Shown in pieces: positions 10,661-19,865 of a DNA stretch of 64,000 nt; position 1 is the stretch's first letter; every line of letters begins with the position of its first letter. This stretch comes from a virus. The DNA lies in IMG/VR virus record IMGVR_UViG_3300021420_000017, positions 1-64,000 of that record; one strand, 5' to 3'. The notes beneath the pieces are model-generated. The model saw nothing but the letters and a program-made list of their open reading frames with translations. It searched no databases and had not been told where the DNA came from. Made by a program: the position numbers and the translations under genes.

Positions 10661-10705
10661 TGGCCGAAGCGTCTGGGCCTGCGCCCCTGATGGAGTGCTG
10701 TACGC

Positions 10706-10909
10706 ATGCTGACTACAATTGAGAACTACCGTGTGCTGGTTCGTCAGGCGCCGTGTCCGTTCTGCGAGGCGCAGCCCGGCGAGCCGTGCGTGAAGTGGTA
10801 CCCGCCGCCTCCCGGACCAGCCATCTGCACTGCGCCGATTCCATTGGAGTATGTGCACGATGATCGCAGTGCGGTCTATCACTTTAACTTCATTTTCAGT
10901 CGCCGCTAA
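10706..10909 (+). CDS. small Zn-finger protein
   Basis: CPFCEAQPGEPC ... H motif. Confidence 0.5.
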   Translation: MLTTIENYRVLVRQAPCPFCEAQPGEPCVKWYPPPPGPAICTAPIPLEYVHDDRSAVYHFNFIFSRR

Positions 10910-10977
10910 AGTTGAGGACTTGTCATGCCGGATGAGAGAGTAGAGCGCAAGATCGCGATGGAGGACCCTCTCCGCTG

Positions 10978-11739
10978 ATGGGCAAGATTCTTGTCCCCGT
11001 CGAGGTCGAGCTGCCGGTCTTCGATACCCCTGACGGCCGTGACTTCTGGTCCGACCCGAGCATGGATCGGCCCCGCTTCCAGACCGCGCAGGCCGCTCGG
11101 ACCTTCTTTGGTCGCACTGGCCGTTGGCTGCTTCAGGTGCCCGGGGAGGACGGCTACCAGCTCGACGGGGTGCCGATCGTGATCGATCGAACCCCGGGAG
11201 GGCGCCGGAGTTGGACTCTCTATGACGTCGAGCGGGTGGCTCATGGACTTACTCAAAAAGGCCGTATGCAAGTCGCGCATTTACAACGTGTAATTGCGCA
11301 GGTAAAGTTACTGGCGGAAAACTATAAGTATTTGCCCCAATCGGAACTTGGCGCTCTAGTCACTCCACAGAGCGCCGAGGTGTACAGGAAGGCGCGCATG
11401 GCGACCCAGCTCATGAGCCTCGTGTCGGATGACATGGACGGTTCGGCGGGCGCTCGGACGCGGCACTTCGCGATCGAGAACGTGCGCTACAAGATTGACC
11501 TCACTGACGTTAACTGGGAGGCCTTCCTTACCGCAGTCGGGCCCTTCATGCTCAAGGCCAGCCCGGACAAGCGCCGCCGCTTGGCCAGTTCGGATGAGAT
11601 CAGAGAGCGAGCTGAGATCCGGGCCTGGGCTCAGCAGAACGGCAGGGCGGTCGGGGCTCGTGGGCGGATCCCACTAGAGGTGGTCGAGTCCTACCGCCAG
11701 GCGCACGAGTCCGCTGGCAAACACGCTCAGCCGGAATAG
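10978..11739 (+). CDS. lsr2: MerR-like HTH domain fused to a complete Lsr2 nucleoid-associated protein
   Basis: C-terminal half from ATG 11398: DDMDG..YKIDL dimerisation domain and EIRAWAQQNGRAVGARGRIP DNA-binding domain; N-terminal RRSWTLYDVERVAH. Confidence 0.85.
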   Translation: MGKILVPVEVELPVFDTPDGRDFWSDPSMDRPRFQTAQAARTFFGRTGRWLLQVPGEDGYQLDGVPIVIDRTPGGRRSWTLYDVERVAHGLTQKGRMQVAHLQRVIAQVKLLAENYKYLPQSELGALVTPQSAEVYRKARMATQLMSLVSDDMDGSAGARTRHFAIENVRYKIDLTDVNWEAFLTAVGPFMLKASPDKRRRLASSDEIRERAEIRAWAQQNGRAVGARGRIPLEVVESYRQAHESAGKHAQPE

Positions 11740-11927
11740 TGCACAAGGCCCACGTCGAGGGCGTCGGGAGCCTGTATCGATCGATCTGCTCGTCGGGCGA
11801 CTATTCCTCGGCGTGGTTGCTGGAAGAGGTCTACGCCCAGATTCGGGGCAACCAACACTGCCGTGCGGCCAACAAGGCTGAGCGCAAGAGGTTAGCGAGG
11901 GAGCGCGGCGGTGTTAATGATACTTGA
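11739..11927 (+). CDS. hypothetical protein
   Basis: 1-bp overlap with the lsr2 stop. Confidence 0.5.
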   Translation: MHKAHVEGVGSLYRSICSSGDYSSAWLLEEVYAQIRGNQHCRAANKAERKRLARERGGVNDT

Positions 11928-12786
11928 CGGGAACAATCTGGGCATGAGGAGCTTTCATGCAGCTAAGGGTTCGATGTCCTCTAAGGGCGAGGAAACGGGC
12001 GCACTTCATCTCTTTGTGACGGCCCTCGCCAAGTACGTGCGGGACGAGCGCCCTGACCGGCTCCTGGTGGTCTGGGATTCCCCTGGTGGCTCCTTGGTGC
12101 GCCAGCAGATCTATTCGGGCTACAAGGCCAGCAGGAGGGCCGCACAGGCGGCCTCTGGCCAGGAGGCCGAAGCCCACCGTCCGCTGTTCCGGCTGATCAA
12201 GCAGTTCCTGCACCTGGCCGGGGTCGAGCAGTGGCAAGTGCGCGGCTTCGAGGCGGATGACCTCATCGCCGGGGTGTGGCGAGTGCATCGTCACACTGAG
12301 AAGATCGTCATCCTCTCCAGCGACAAGGACATGCTCCAGCTCCTGGACGAGAACACCGAACAGGTGCGCTTCAGTTCCTACAGCGCCCCGACCGATCGCT
12401 GGACGCGCACCCGGGTCATCACCGACATGGGCTGTCGGCCTGAGCAGATCCCCTTGATGATGGCCCTGACCGGGGATTCCTCCGACGGGGTGCCGGGCAT
12501 GCGCGGCATCGGGCCCAAGAAGGCCCTGAAGATGCTGGATGCCGCCAACTGGGATCTGGATAAGGCGATGGCGCCCTATCCCGAGCACTATTCCATCGTG
12601 AAGACCTCTCAGGCCCTGGTGGATCTTGCCTACCCCGCAACCATGATCGAATGCCCGGAGGTGCCTGACATGGACCTCACGGATTCGCAGGACGATCTGT
12701 GGGTGCAGTTGCTGGGTTTCTGCCAGTACTACGAGCTGTCCGTGATTGAGGAACTGCTTACAGCACAAGGGCTCTGGTCTCGATGA
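11911..12786 (+). CDS. 5'-3' exonuclease / flap endonuclease (PolA N-terminal type)
   Basis: ILDGNN, VVWDS, RQQIYSGYKASR, EADDLIA, SSDKDMLQLL, GDSSDGVPGMRGIGPKKA (H3TH). Confidence 0.92.
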   Translation: MLMILDGNNLGMRSFHAAKGSMSSKGEETGALHLFVTALAKYVRDERPDRLLVVWDSPGGSLVRQQIYSGYKASRRAAQAASGQEAEAHRPLFRLIKQFLHLAGVEQWQVRGFEADDLIAGVWRVHRHTEKIVILSSDKDMLQLLDENTEQVRFSSYSAPTDRWTRTRVITDMGCRPEQIPLMMALTGDSSDGVPGMRGIGPKKALKMLDAANWDLDKAMAPYPEHYSIVKTSQALVDLAYPATMIECPEVPDMDLTDSQDDLWVQLLGFCQYYELSVIEELLTAQGLWSR

Positions 12787-12849
12787 TGTTGGAGTGCGCA
12801 GACCGGATCAAGTGAAATGATCATGCGACACGCCCAGCATCGCTGACAG

Positions 12850-12878
12850 TTGCTCGTACCCGTGCCGTGGGATAACGT
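12850..12878 (+). promoter_or_regulatory. SigA-like promoter
   Basis: TTGCTC-N17-TAACGT in the 220-bp intergenic gap. Confidence 0.55.
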
Positions 12879-12945
12879 TCACGCTCGGTGGCGGTTCACT
12901 TGGTTTGACCAGGACCCGACATCGGTTCTAAACCCCCGTTGCGTA

Positions 12946-12979
12946 GCCTCGCCCCGCACTCTGATCTGCGGGGCGAGGC
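12946..12979 (+). terminator. 13-bp perfect hairpin (terminator or leader structure)
   Basis: GCCTCGCCCCGCA / TGCGGGGCGAGGC with 8-nt loop; no U-tract. Confidence 0.6.
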
Positions 12980-13005
12980 GTCCCCCGTCTGGTAGGTGAT
13001 CTTCG

Positions 13006-13371
13006 TTGACCGCAGTTGTAGAACGTGGGTCGTCCAGAGGCGGAGATCACAAGCGAAGAGATGTAGATAACAAGCAACTGTTCCAAGCAGTCAAAGACAA
13101 TCGCAGTTGTCGCTTCTTGTTGTCACCCGATTGGGTGATTGAGGGCTACCTCGCTGGCATCAGCACGTTCCACTATGTTGTAGTATCTGGTCTGCAAGAC
13201 GGTACCGTCGCCAAATATCAGATCCACAAGGGACTCACCCCTGTTATCGACCTGACTGCTCGTCATCTGCTAGAAGATGAGCACCAGGCAGTTCACGACG
13301 CGTTGAGCGAGATCATTGCTCCGTTCAGGGCATGGGTAATGTCTAACCACTTCAACTCACCGAAGGTTTGA
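13006..13371 (+). CDS. candidate Sm/Hfq-like RNA-binding protein
   Basis: Helix followed by CRFLLSPDWVIEGYLAGISTFHYVVV (Sm1-like) and KYQIHKG (Sm2-like); similarity judged by eye. Confidence 0.45.
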   Translation: MTAVVERGSSRGGDHKRRDVDNKQLFQAVKDNRSCRFLLSPDWVIEGYLAGISTFHYVVVSGLQDGTVAKYQIHKGLTPVIDLTARHLLEDEHQAVHDALSEIIAPFRAWVMSNHFNSPKV

Positions 13372-13814
13372 GGGCTAAAGTGACTGACCAGTTACTGTGG
13401 TTTGACTCGGAAATCGATGTTGACCCCACTCTGCGCAGGACTGTTGTTGAGATACATACATCAGTGACCACAGTGAGTGAAGAGCTGGCGATCATCCGAG
13501 AGGATGCCCGACCTCGATCCTATGTTTCTCAAAACGATGAGCATTGGGATTGGGAAGCATTGCGTGACTATGTAGTGGAACAGATCGAGAAGCGCCACGG
13601 CATGTTCCCCCGAGAGGGAGCCAAGGAGAAGGCGATCTTCGCCCGCTTCATCAAGGACTGGGGCCCCCGGGCCGCCCCGATCGCGCGTTACGCCTTCGAG
13701 GTGCGCGGGGGGATCTGGAAAGGTGCCCCGATCAAAGTCACCCGATTCACCAAGGCTTGCGATCCCTATTTCGCCGCTGAGATCGACACGTACCTGCAGG
13801 CCAACCAACCTTAG
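13368..13814 (+). CDS. hypothetical protein upstream of the helicase loader
   Basis: TTGA coupling; strong codon bias in the second half. Confidence 0.7.
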   Translation: MRAKVTDQLLWFDSEIDVDPTLRRTVVEIHTSVTTVSEELAIIREDARPRSYVSQNDEHWDWEALRDYVVEQIEKRHGMFPREGAKEKAIFARFIKDWGPRAAPIARYAFEVRGGIWKGAPIKVTRFTKACDPYFAAEIDTYLQANQP

Positions 13815-13860
13815 CTCTACCTCGTCGCCAAACACCGCCTGCCCCCGAAGGTTGACCTCC

Positions 13861-14706
13861 GTGAAAACGCTGCCCGCTCTTCCCGCGTCCGTGCGGACGC
13901 TGACTGAAGACGAGATTGAGCGCCTGCGTAAAACGCGCACCCTGCCCGCCAGCCCAGAGGACTGTCCGACCTGTCATGGCCGGAAGACCTTTCGCTGGTG
14001 GGAGAAGGATCGAGGGATCCTGCCACAGGATCGCGTCGCGGTGGATTACGTGTGCTCCTGTGTCGATCAGTTCCTCCTCCATCGCTACCTGATGAACTCC
14101 GGGTTGGAGATGGCTGCCGCTCGCCACCGGTGGGCCGACCTGACGGCTCTCTCACCTGAAGTCATGGCTCCGCTGTTGGAGTATCTAAACGACATCGAGT
14201 TTTTCATGCTGCAGGGAACAGGTCTGTTCCTGCACGGGATGAATGGGGCGGGCAAGTCGATGTTCGCCTCCCTACTGGCCAAGAGGGTCCTCCAACTGGG
14301 CAGCTACACCGTGCGCTATGTGCGCTTCACCGAGCTGTTGGATCACTATCGGTCTAGTTGGCGCGATAACGAGCAGCGTGAGTGGTTTGAGGGCTCGATG
14401 CGCAATGCTCATCTGCTCGTGCTCGATGACATGGGCAAGGAGTATGACGGGGTGCTTCGGGTCGCGATGTCGGCGGTCGACACGATCATTCGCTTCCGGA
14501 CGCAGAACTCCATGCCCACGATCGTGACCACCAATCTCGATCGCGATGACTTTCAGACGCGCTATGCGAAGTCGGTCAATGAGCTGGTCACTGAGGCATG
14601 CCGGGTATCAGAGTTCATCATTGACAGTTCTTGGAGGGCGTCAGCGCGAAACCGCAAGGAGATTGAGTACGCCCAGCGTGTGACCGTCCCGATTACTTTC
14701 GGCTGA
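13861..14706 (+). CDS. DnaC/IstB-like AAA+ helicase loader
   Basis: Zn knuckle CPTC..CSC, Walker A HGMNGAGKS, Walker B LLVLDD, PTIVTTNL; GTG 13861 preferred over 13723. Confidence 0.85.
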   Translation: MKTLPALPASVRTLTEDEIERLRKTRTLPASPEDCPTCHGRKTFRWWEKDRGILPQDRVAVDYVCSCVDQFLLHRYLMNSGLEMAAARHRWADLTALSPEVMAPLLEYLNDIEFFMLQGTGLFLHGMNGAGKSMFASLLAKRVLQLGSYTVRYVRFTELLDHYRSSWRDNEQREWFEGSMRNAHLLVLDDMGKEYDGVLRVAMSAVDTIIRFRTQNSMPTIVTTNLDRDDFQTRYAKSVNELVTEACRVSEFIIDSSWRASARNRKEIEYAQRVTVPITFG

Positions 14707-14710
14707 CACA

Positions 14711-16033
14711 ATGAACTATTCAGAACAAGTTATCTATAGTCATCTGACCAATGCCGACTCGTTAGACATCATTGCCAAGGAAGGGTTCAACAATCCCGTC
14801 AGCTTAGAGGTCATCCCGACCGAGGCCGGGCGCAGACTGATCACCTGGACCCTTCGCTACTTTTTTGACTCCAACCGGATGATCGCTCCCTCCAAAGAGG
14901 CGATCCTGGAAACGTGGGGAGAGGTGATGGAAGCCACTGATATCTCGATCGAGGATGAGGTCGAGACCGACACCGTCCAGTGGGCCATTGAGACCCTGCG
15001 TAGCAATCACGTCAAGCGCGAAGCCAGCGAGTGGGCACAGACCTTCTCTCGCAGTGTGTATGAGGCCGACTCCCATGAGCGCGTGACGGAGTTGATCAAA
15101 GGGAGCCAGCGTCTGCACCAGCTTGCCGAGCAGGTGCGCAGTCGTCGGCATGAGATGGACGGCCTGGAGGGGGTTGACGACGCGATCATGCGCTACAACC
15201 AGCGCGTGGCCGAAGGAAACTCTCGGGGCGGCATGATGCTCGGGATTCCGGAGATCGATGATCATATGTATGGGACACACCCCGGGGAGATCACCACTAT
15301 TTGTTCGGCGAGTGGTATCGGGAAATCGTGGTGCGCTGGTCACATCGCCTACAGCGAGTTCACTCGGGGTCGCCGGGCGGTCCTGGTGACGCTAGAGAAT
15401 GATATCGAGATGAGCTATGACCGTTTGGTATGCATGGCGGCGAAAGTGCACTACGAGTCCTGGCAAAGGGCCGAAGCGCTGCCTGAGGAGATGACTCGTG
15501 TAGCGCAGTTCAGGGAGCAAATGGACGCCAGCGAGAAGCGGCCACTGGTCTCCCAGTTGCCGATGGAGGAGCGCACCCCGAGCGCCATCGTGCGTCATGC
15601 CCAGATGCAGGGCGCCGACTCACTGATCATCGACCAGTTGTCCTTCATGCGGCCCGAGGCCAGCTCTAAGATGCGCGAGAGGCATAGCCAGGTGGCCGAG
15701 ATGATGCACAAGCTCAAAGAGCTGGTCAGCGGAGATATCAAGATGCCGGTGGTGCTGATGGCCCAGATTAACCGGGAGGGGATCTCGGCCGCTCGCAAAG
15801 AGGGCCGTTTTTACAAGGATCATCTGGCAGATTCAGCCGAAGTGGAGCGCACTAGTGATTTCCTCTGGGCGATCTACCAGGACTCAGAGATGGCCCTGGT
15901 GGACTGGGCCGAGTGGCAGTCGCTCAAGGCGCGCCGGACTTCGGAACGACACTTCCGGACGATCTGGCGACCCCAGGTTGGGGACATCCGGGTGTTGGAG
16001 TCCGACATCACGATCGGGAAGAAGACTCCATGA
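14711..16033 (+). CDS. dnaB: DnaB-like replicative helicase
   Basis: SASGIGKS, LVTLE, LIIDQL, VVLMAQINRE, SAEVERTSD. Confidence 0.88.
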   Translation: MNYSEQVIYSHLTNADSLDIIAKEGFNNPVSLEVIPTEAGRRLITWTLRYFFDSNRMIAPSKEAILETWGEVMEATDISIEDEVETDTVQWAIETLRSNHVKREASEWAQTFSRSVYEADSHERVTELIKGSQRLHQLAEQVRSRRHEMDGLEGVDDAIMRYNQRVAEGNSRGGMMLGIPEIDDHMYGTHPGEITTICSASGIGKSWCAGHIAYSEFTRGRRAVLVTLENDIEMSYDRLVCMAAKVHYESWQRAEALPEEMTRVAQFREQMDASEKRPLVSQLPMEERTPSAIVRHAQMQGADSLIIDQLSFMRPEASSKMRERHSQVAEMMHKLKELVSGDIKMPVVLMAQINREGISAARKEGRFYKDHLADSAEVERTSDFLWAIYQDSEMALVDWAEWQSLKARRTSERHFRTIWRPQVGDIRVLESDITIGKKTP

Positions 16034-17073
16034 GTACGTGGTCCTACTCGCTTATGCCCGATGAGCAGAAGCGCGAGCTGTGTCTTGAGCTACTGGAGGA
16101 GTTCGGCGCGACCGGCATCCAGGAGACCACCAAGGGCGAGTTACGTCATCGGTGCACGTTACCTATCGGTGCTCATACCGATCGCAACTCCATCACCGCT
16201 TCGGTAAACTATCGCAAACTAGTTTTTCGGTGCTATGTATGTAACAACCGGGGCGGTTTGCTGTGGTGGATCGCCACCAATCGGGGTGAGAACACTGAGC
16301 AGAGCGAGAAGTGGCTTTCCAAGGAATCCGGTGTCAGTGAGGTACTGGATCTACCGATGTTGCTCAAGCTCATTGAGGCTCTGGCTCGGCCTAAGAATAC
16401 TGAAGTCCAGCCGATGCCTACCTACGATGAGCGCATTCTGGATAGCTGGCGTCGCTGGCGGATCTTTCATCCTTATCTGACACTCCCGATCTCCGAGGGA
16501 GGGCGGGAGTGTCCCGAGGTCAATCTCGCTCGCTACAAGGTCGGCTATTGCGATGAGGATGTGCACTGGCGCTATCACCAGCGCATCATCATTCCGCTAC
16601 ATTGGAATGGCGCCCTGGTCGGTTGGCAGGCTCGCAAGTTACTAGAAGACGACCCTGAGCCAGCCAAGTATAGGAACACTCCTCAATTTCCGCGCGATCG
16701 TACTGTTTACGGCGATTTGGGGGAACGGGATATCGTGCTGGTGGAGAGCCCGCTAAGTGTGCTGCGTCACGCGCATCACCTGCCTATGGTGGCCACCTTC
16801 GGATCGGCTGTGAGTGATATGCAGATCCCATTACTCCACCGCTATCGGCGAGTGACTCTCTGGTATGACAATGATAAGTCTGGCTGGGAAGGGGTCTACT
16901 CGTTGATTGCTCGGCTGAAGAATTATGTCGACCTGCGCATTGTGGATTCTCCATGGGATGCTGACCCTGCCGACATGACCGAGGCCGAGGCGGCCGAGCT
17001 GGTTGAGGGAGCTATTCCCTATATGCTCTGGAGCAAGCCAATGACACTGACGCACTATGAGAGAGCAGCCTGA
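16030..17073 (+). CDS. DNA primase (Zn finger + TOPRIM)
   Basis: C..H..CYVC Zn finger, LVESPLS, WYDNDKSG, DPADM; ATGA coupling to dnaB. Confidence 0.87.
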   Translation: MSTWSYSLMPDEQKRELCLELLEEFGATGIQETTKGELRHRCTLPIGAHTDRNSITASVNYRKLVFRCYVCNNRGGLLWWIATNRGENTEQSEKWLSKESGVSEVLDLPMLLKLIEALARPKNTEVQPMPTYDERILDSWRRWRIFHPYLTLPISEGGRECPEVNLARYKVGYCDEDVHWRYHQRIIIPLHWNGALVGWQARKLLEDDPEPAKYRNTPQFPRDRTVYGDLGERDIVLVESPLSVLRHAHHLPMVATFGSAVSDMQIPLLHRYRRVTLWYDNDKSGWEGVYSLIARLKNYVDLRIVDSPWDADPADMTEAEAAELVEGAIPYMLWSKPMTLTHYERAA

Positions 17074-17285
17074 TGACGGAGTCGCAGACGTGTATCTCCC
17101 CAATGGTCGAGTTGGTCGGTGTTACTCGGGAGATGCACGAGGTTCAGCAGCGCATGAAGGAGCTTGGTGATAAGCGACAGAGCTTGGTCATCGAGTTACG
17201 TCAGACGATGGATGTCAGACAGATTGCCAAAGAGCTTGGCATCACTCATGTTCGTGTTTATCAGATCATAGCCGGGAGGCACTGA
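17073..17285 (+). CDS. small HTH DNA-binding protein
   Basis: VRQIAKELGITHVRVYQII. Confidence 0.7.
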   Translation: MTESQTCISPMVELVGVTREMHEVQQRMKELGDKRQSLVIELRQTMDVRQIAKELGITHVRVYQIIAGRH

Positions 17286-17425
17286 TGGGGTTTAGAAAGT
17301 TCGGCACTGGTGATGATCAGAAGGTCGAACCAGAAGATCAAGATCCGCAGATTAAAACTGCAGCCAAGAAGGCTGAGTGGAGCGAGACCGACCAGCGCGA
17401 GCTGGACAAGGAGAATGAACGATGA
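17285..17425 (+). CDS. small hypothetical protein (46 aa, missed by track)
   Basis: TGATG start and ATGA end coupling; MGFRKFGTGDDQKVEPE... Confidence 0.6.
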   Translation: MGFRKFGTGDDQKVEPEDQDPQIKTAAKKAEWSETDQRELDKENER

Positions 17426-17691
17426 GTTTTATCTACATGACTGAGTTCAAGGTCAAGTCTGAAGTGATCGCACGAGAGCTTCACGCGCTGATCGCTAAGG
17501 TCTTGGAGGAGACTGAGCACGAGATCAGTGGCTGGAGGGCTGGGTTCGAGCATGCATTCGGAGAAGCCCTAGTTGTTTTGAAGACGAATGATACTGCCCC
17601 TGTGAATCCAACAGAGGCCCTCTCCGAGGAGTTGAAGTCCCCGCTACCGGAGCCCGCCGCAGTCACGCCTCCCGCAGCCGTGACTGGCTGA
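17422..17691 (+). CDS. hypothetical protein
   Basis: ATGA coupling, GGAG RBS. Confidence 0.6.
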   Translation: MSFIYMTEFKVKSEVIARELHALIAKVLEETEHEISGWRAGFEHAFGEALVVLKTNDTAPVNPTEALSEELKSPLPEPAAVTPPAAVTG

Positions 17692-17695
17692 CCTT

Positions 17696-19831
17696 ATGGG
17701 CGGCATATACCGCACTCTCGATGCGACTCCCTTCCTGGCAAACCTGGGAGTCGATGCGGCCGAGCTGGGGTTGCGTGCTGCCCGTACGGTGACATTGCCC
17801 AATGGGCAGACGGTTGTTGATCGGATCACACTGGCGGCCTCCGGGCCGTCGGTGTGGTCCACCAGCACCGCGCTGGTGCCCCTGAGAAGCCTGCCGATCT
17901 GGGATGTGAACTACTACTATCGCGAGTTGGGGATCAAGGCGCCCTACCGCAATGTCAGTAAGAAGCAGCTCCGTGATGGCTACACCGCCCGCAACGGGCA
18001 ATCCAGTGAGCGGTTGACCTATTGCTTCAAGCAACTGCTCGATCCCCAGATCCGGGCCAAGTATGACCGGATGCCCCTGGGCAAGCCAATGGATGACAAA
18101 TATCGCTGGAAGCTGATTGAAGAGGCCGCCGCCGAGTGGGCAAGTCGGCGATCAGCCGAGACGGGCGAGGTGCACGAGGCCAAGGAGTTTCTCGAAGAGG
18201 TCGGGATGGATCCGGAATCCATCGCTGCGCGTGAGGCCGAGATCGAGGAGGCGATGCACTCCTTCAAGACCTACGGCTGGCCCTACGCCTACTACCTCTG
18301 GCGCTCGCGCAAGTTCGATGATGCCACGTTGTCAGAGTGGCAGTCCATGCTCATCTCGGCGTGTTCGGAACGCGACTTGTCATGTCAGCTCTCGATCGGC
18401 TACGTTGGTGCCTCCGATCAGACTTGGCTCATCAAGGAGCATGACGGCAATCGGGTTGTTTTCTTCAACGAGGATGCCGTCCCTGATCCGCTCGTCGCCG
18501 CAGAAATCGCTGATTCGCTCTACCCGCTTTTCGCTCCACGAACCATTCCCACCCCAATCTCAGGCACGGATGACGTGTCGCACGGACAGGAGACCCCCAT
18601 GACCAATCCAGTTGACGAGGACTACGAGGATTACTTCCTCACCGGTGGAGTAGCCGCCCGGGAGGACGGCGATGCCGCAGCCGCTGCTCGAAAGGCGGCG
18701 CGAGGTAAGACCGAGTATCTGACCCAGTTGATGCCTAAGCCTGGCGATTCCTGCATTATTCGCTGGGTCACCGACGACCAGGATTTGCTGCGGACCAAGC
18801 AGCACAGCTTCGTAGCGACCAAGCCAGCACCGGCCGACAAGCCAGCCAACATGACCTGGCCCTCGACGTCGGGCGCGGTGTGTCGCTACACCCTCAAGGC
18901 AGACAAGAAGACTCGTTGGCACAGTGATTGCTATATCTGTGATCACATGAAGAAGTCCGACGGTGACAAGTATTTCCCATCGGATCGAGTGTGGGGACTT
19001 GCTGCCGTTCGCGAGGAGATTCTGGGTACTCAGGAGATGGTCAACGAGGGCAAGATTCGAGTGGATCAGATCGATACTGTGGTTGGTATCAAGGACGCTG
19101 TCATTGAGTACGACGAGATCGATACCAATGGCAATCCGACTGGTATCAAGTTGCGTAAGAAGCGCATCGTGATTGTCAACATGGCGATCAAGAACTTCTT
19201 CGGTCCCTTCACCAGCTACTACCAGATGTATGGCACGCTGCTGGACCGGGATTATAAGATCATTCGCCGGGGCGAGGCCAAGCAGACCGACTACCACTCG
19301 GGTGCGCTCAACCAAATCTCCAAGCCGATCATCGGGGCAGACGGGCAGCCCACTGGCCAGTATGAGATCTATGACCTGCGTAACCCGAAGTACGCCGACC
19401 TCTACGCGGACAACGACATGAACCTCAAGGTTCTGCGCAAGCTCGTTGTCCGGCAGGCCAGTGATGACTACTACGCTCGCTATTTCGATGTCACCAAGGC
19501 CACCACGTGGAAGCGTGAGGACGACGACAACGGTGCGACCGCTGCACCGAGTGCCGTTCCGGCCCAGGGGTCAGCGACGGCCGAGCCCGCCGCCAACACC
19601 CCGACCGCCAGCCGGTTGGCTGCGATGCGCGACGAGGTCATGAGAGACAACACCCCCACTCCTGCGGCCCCCATGCGGGATCTCAGCGAGCCGGTGAAGC
19701 CTGCTGAGCCGACTGCGGTCCCCGAGGCCACCTTTGCCTCTCCTGCTCCGCAGAGCGCCCCTCCAGTTGCGTCGGCAGCGACTTCTGTCCCGGCCCCGGC
19801 TGGTACCTTCGCCGACTTCAGCATGGACTGA
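17696..19831 (+). CDS. J-domain-like protein fused in frame to a putative ssDNA-binding protein (internal ATG 18599)
   Basis: YYRELGI...LLDPQIRAKYD J-like segment without HPD; C-terminal part has C/H Zn ligands, an Ala/Pro linker and acidic tail FADFSMD; AGGAG RBS 6 nt before ATG 18599. Confidence 0.65.
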   Translation: MGGIYRTLDATPFLANLGVDAAELGLRAARTVTLPNGQTVVDRITLAASGPSVWSTSTALVPLRSLPIWDVNYYYRELGIKAPYRNVSKKQLRDGYTARNGQSSERLTYCFKQLLDPQIRAKYDRMPLGKPMDDKYRWKLIEEAAAEWASRRSAETGEVHEAKEFLEEVGMDPESIAAREAEIEEAMHSFKTYGWPYAYYLWRSRKFDDATLSEWQSMLISACSERDLSCQLSIGYVGASDQTWLIKEHDGNRVVFFNEDAVPDPLVAAEIADSLYPLFAPRTIPTPISGTDDVSHGQETPMTNPVDEDYEDYFLTGGVAAREDGDAAAAARKAARGKTEYLTQLMPKPGDSCIIRWVTDDQDLLRTKQHSFVATKPAPADKPANMTWPSTSGAVCRYTLKADKKTRWHSDCYICDHMKKSDGDKYFPSDRVWGLAAVREEILGTQEMVNEGKIRVDQIDTVVGIKDAVIEYDEIDTNGNPTGIKLRKKRIVIVNMAIKNFFGPFTSYYQMYGTLLDRDYKIIRRGEAKQTDYHSGALNQISKPIIGADGQPTGQYEIYDLRNPKYADLYADNDMNLKVLRKLVVRQASDDYYARYFDVTKATTWKREDDDNGATAAPSAVPAQGSATAEPAANTPTASRLAAMRDEVMRDNTPTPAAPMRDLSEPVKPAEPTAVPEATFASPAPQSAPPVASAATSVPAPAGTFADFSMD

Positions 19832-19865
19832 GACTGGATCTGATCCGACCCCGTAGCGGAGCTGT

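Noticed and set aside
12880-12945. tRNA in the 12.9-kb intergenic region
   Set aside because: GGTTC is present but there is no cloverleaf, D-loop or acceptor stem.
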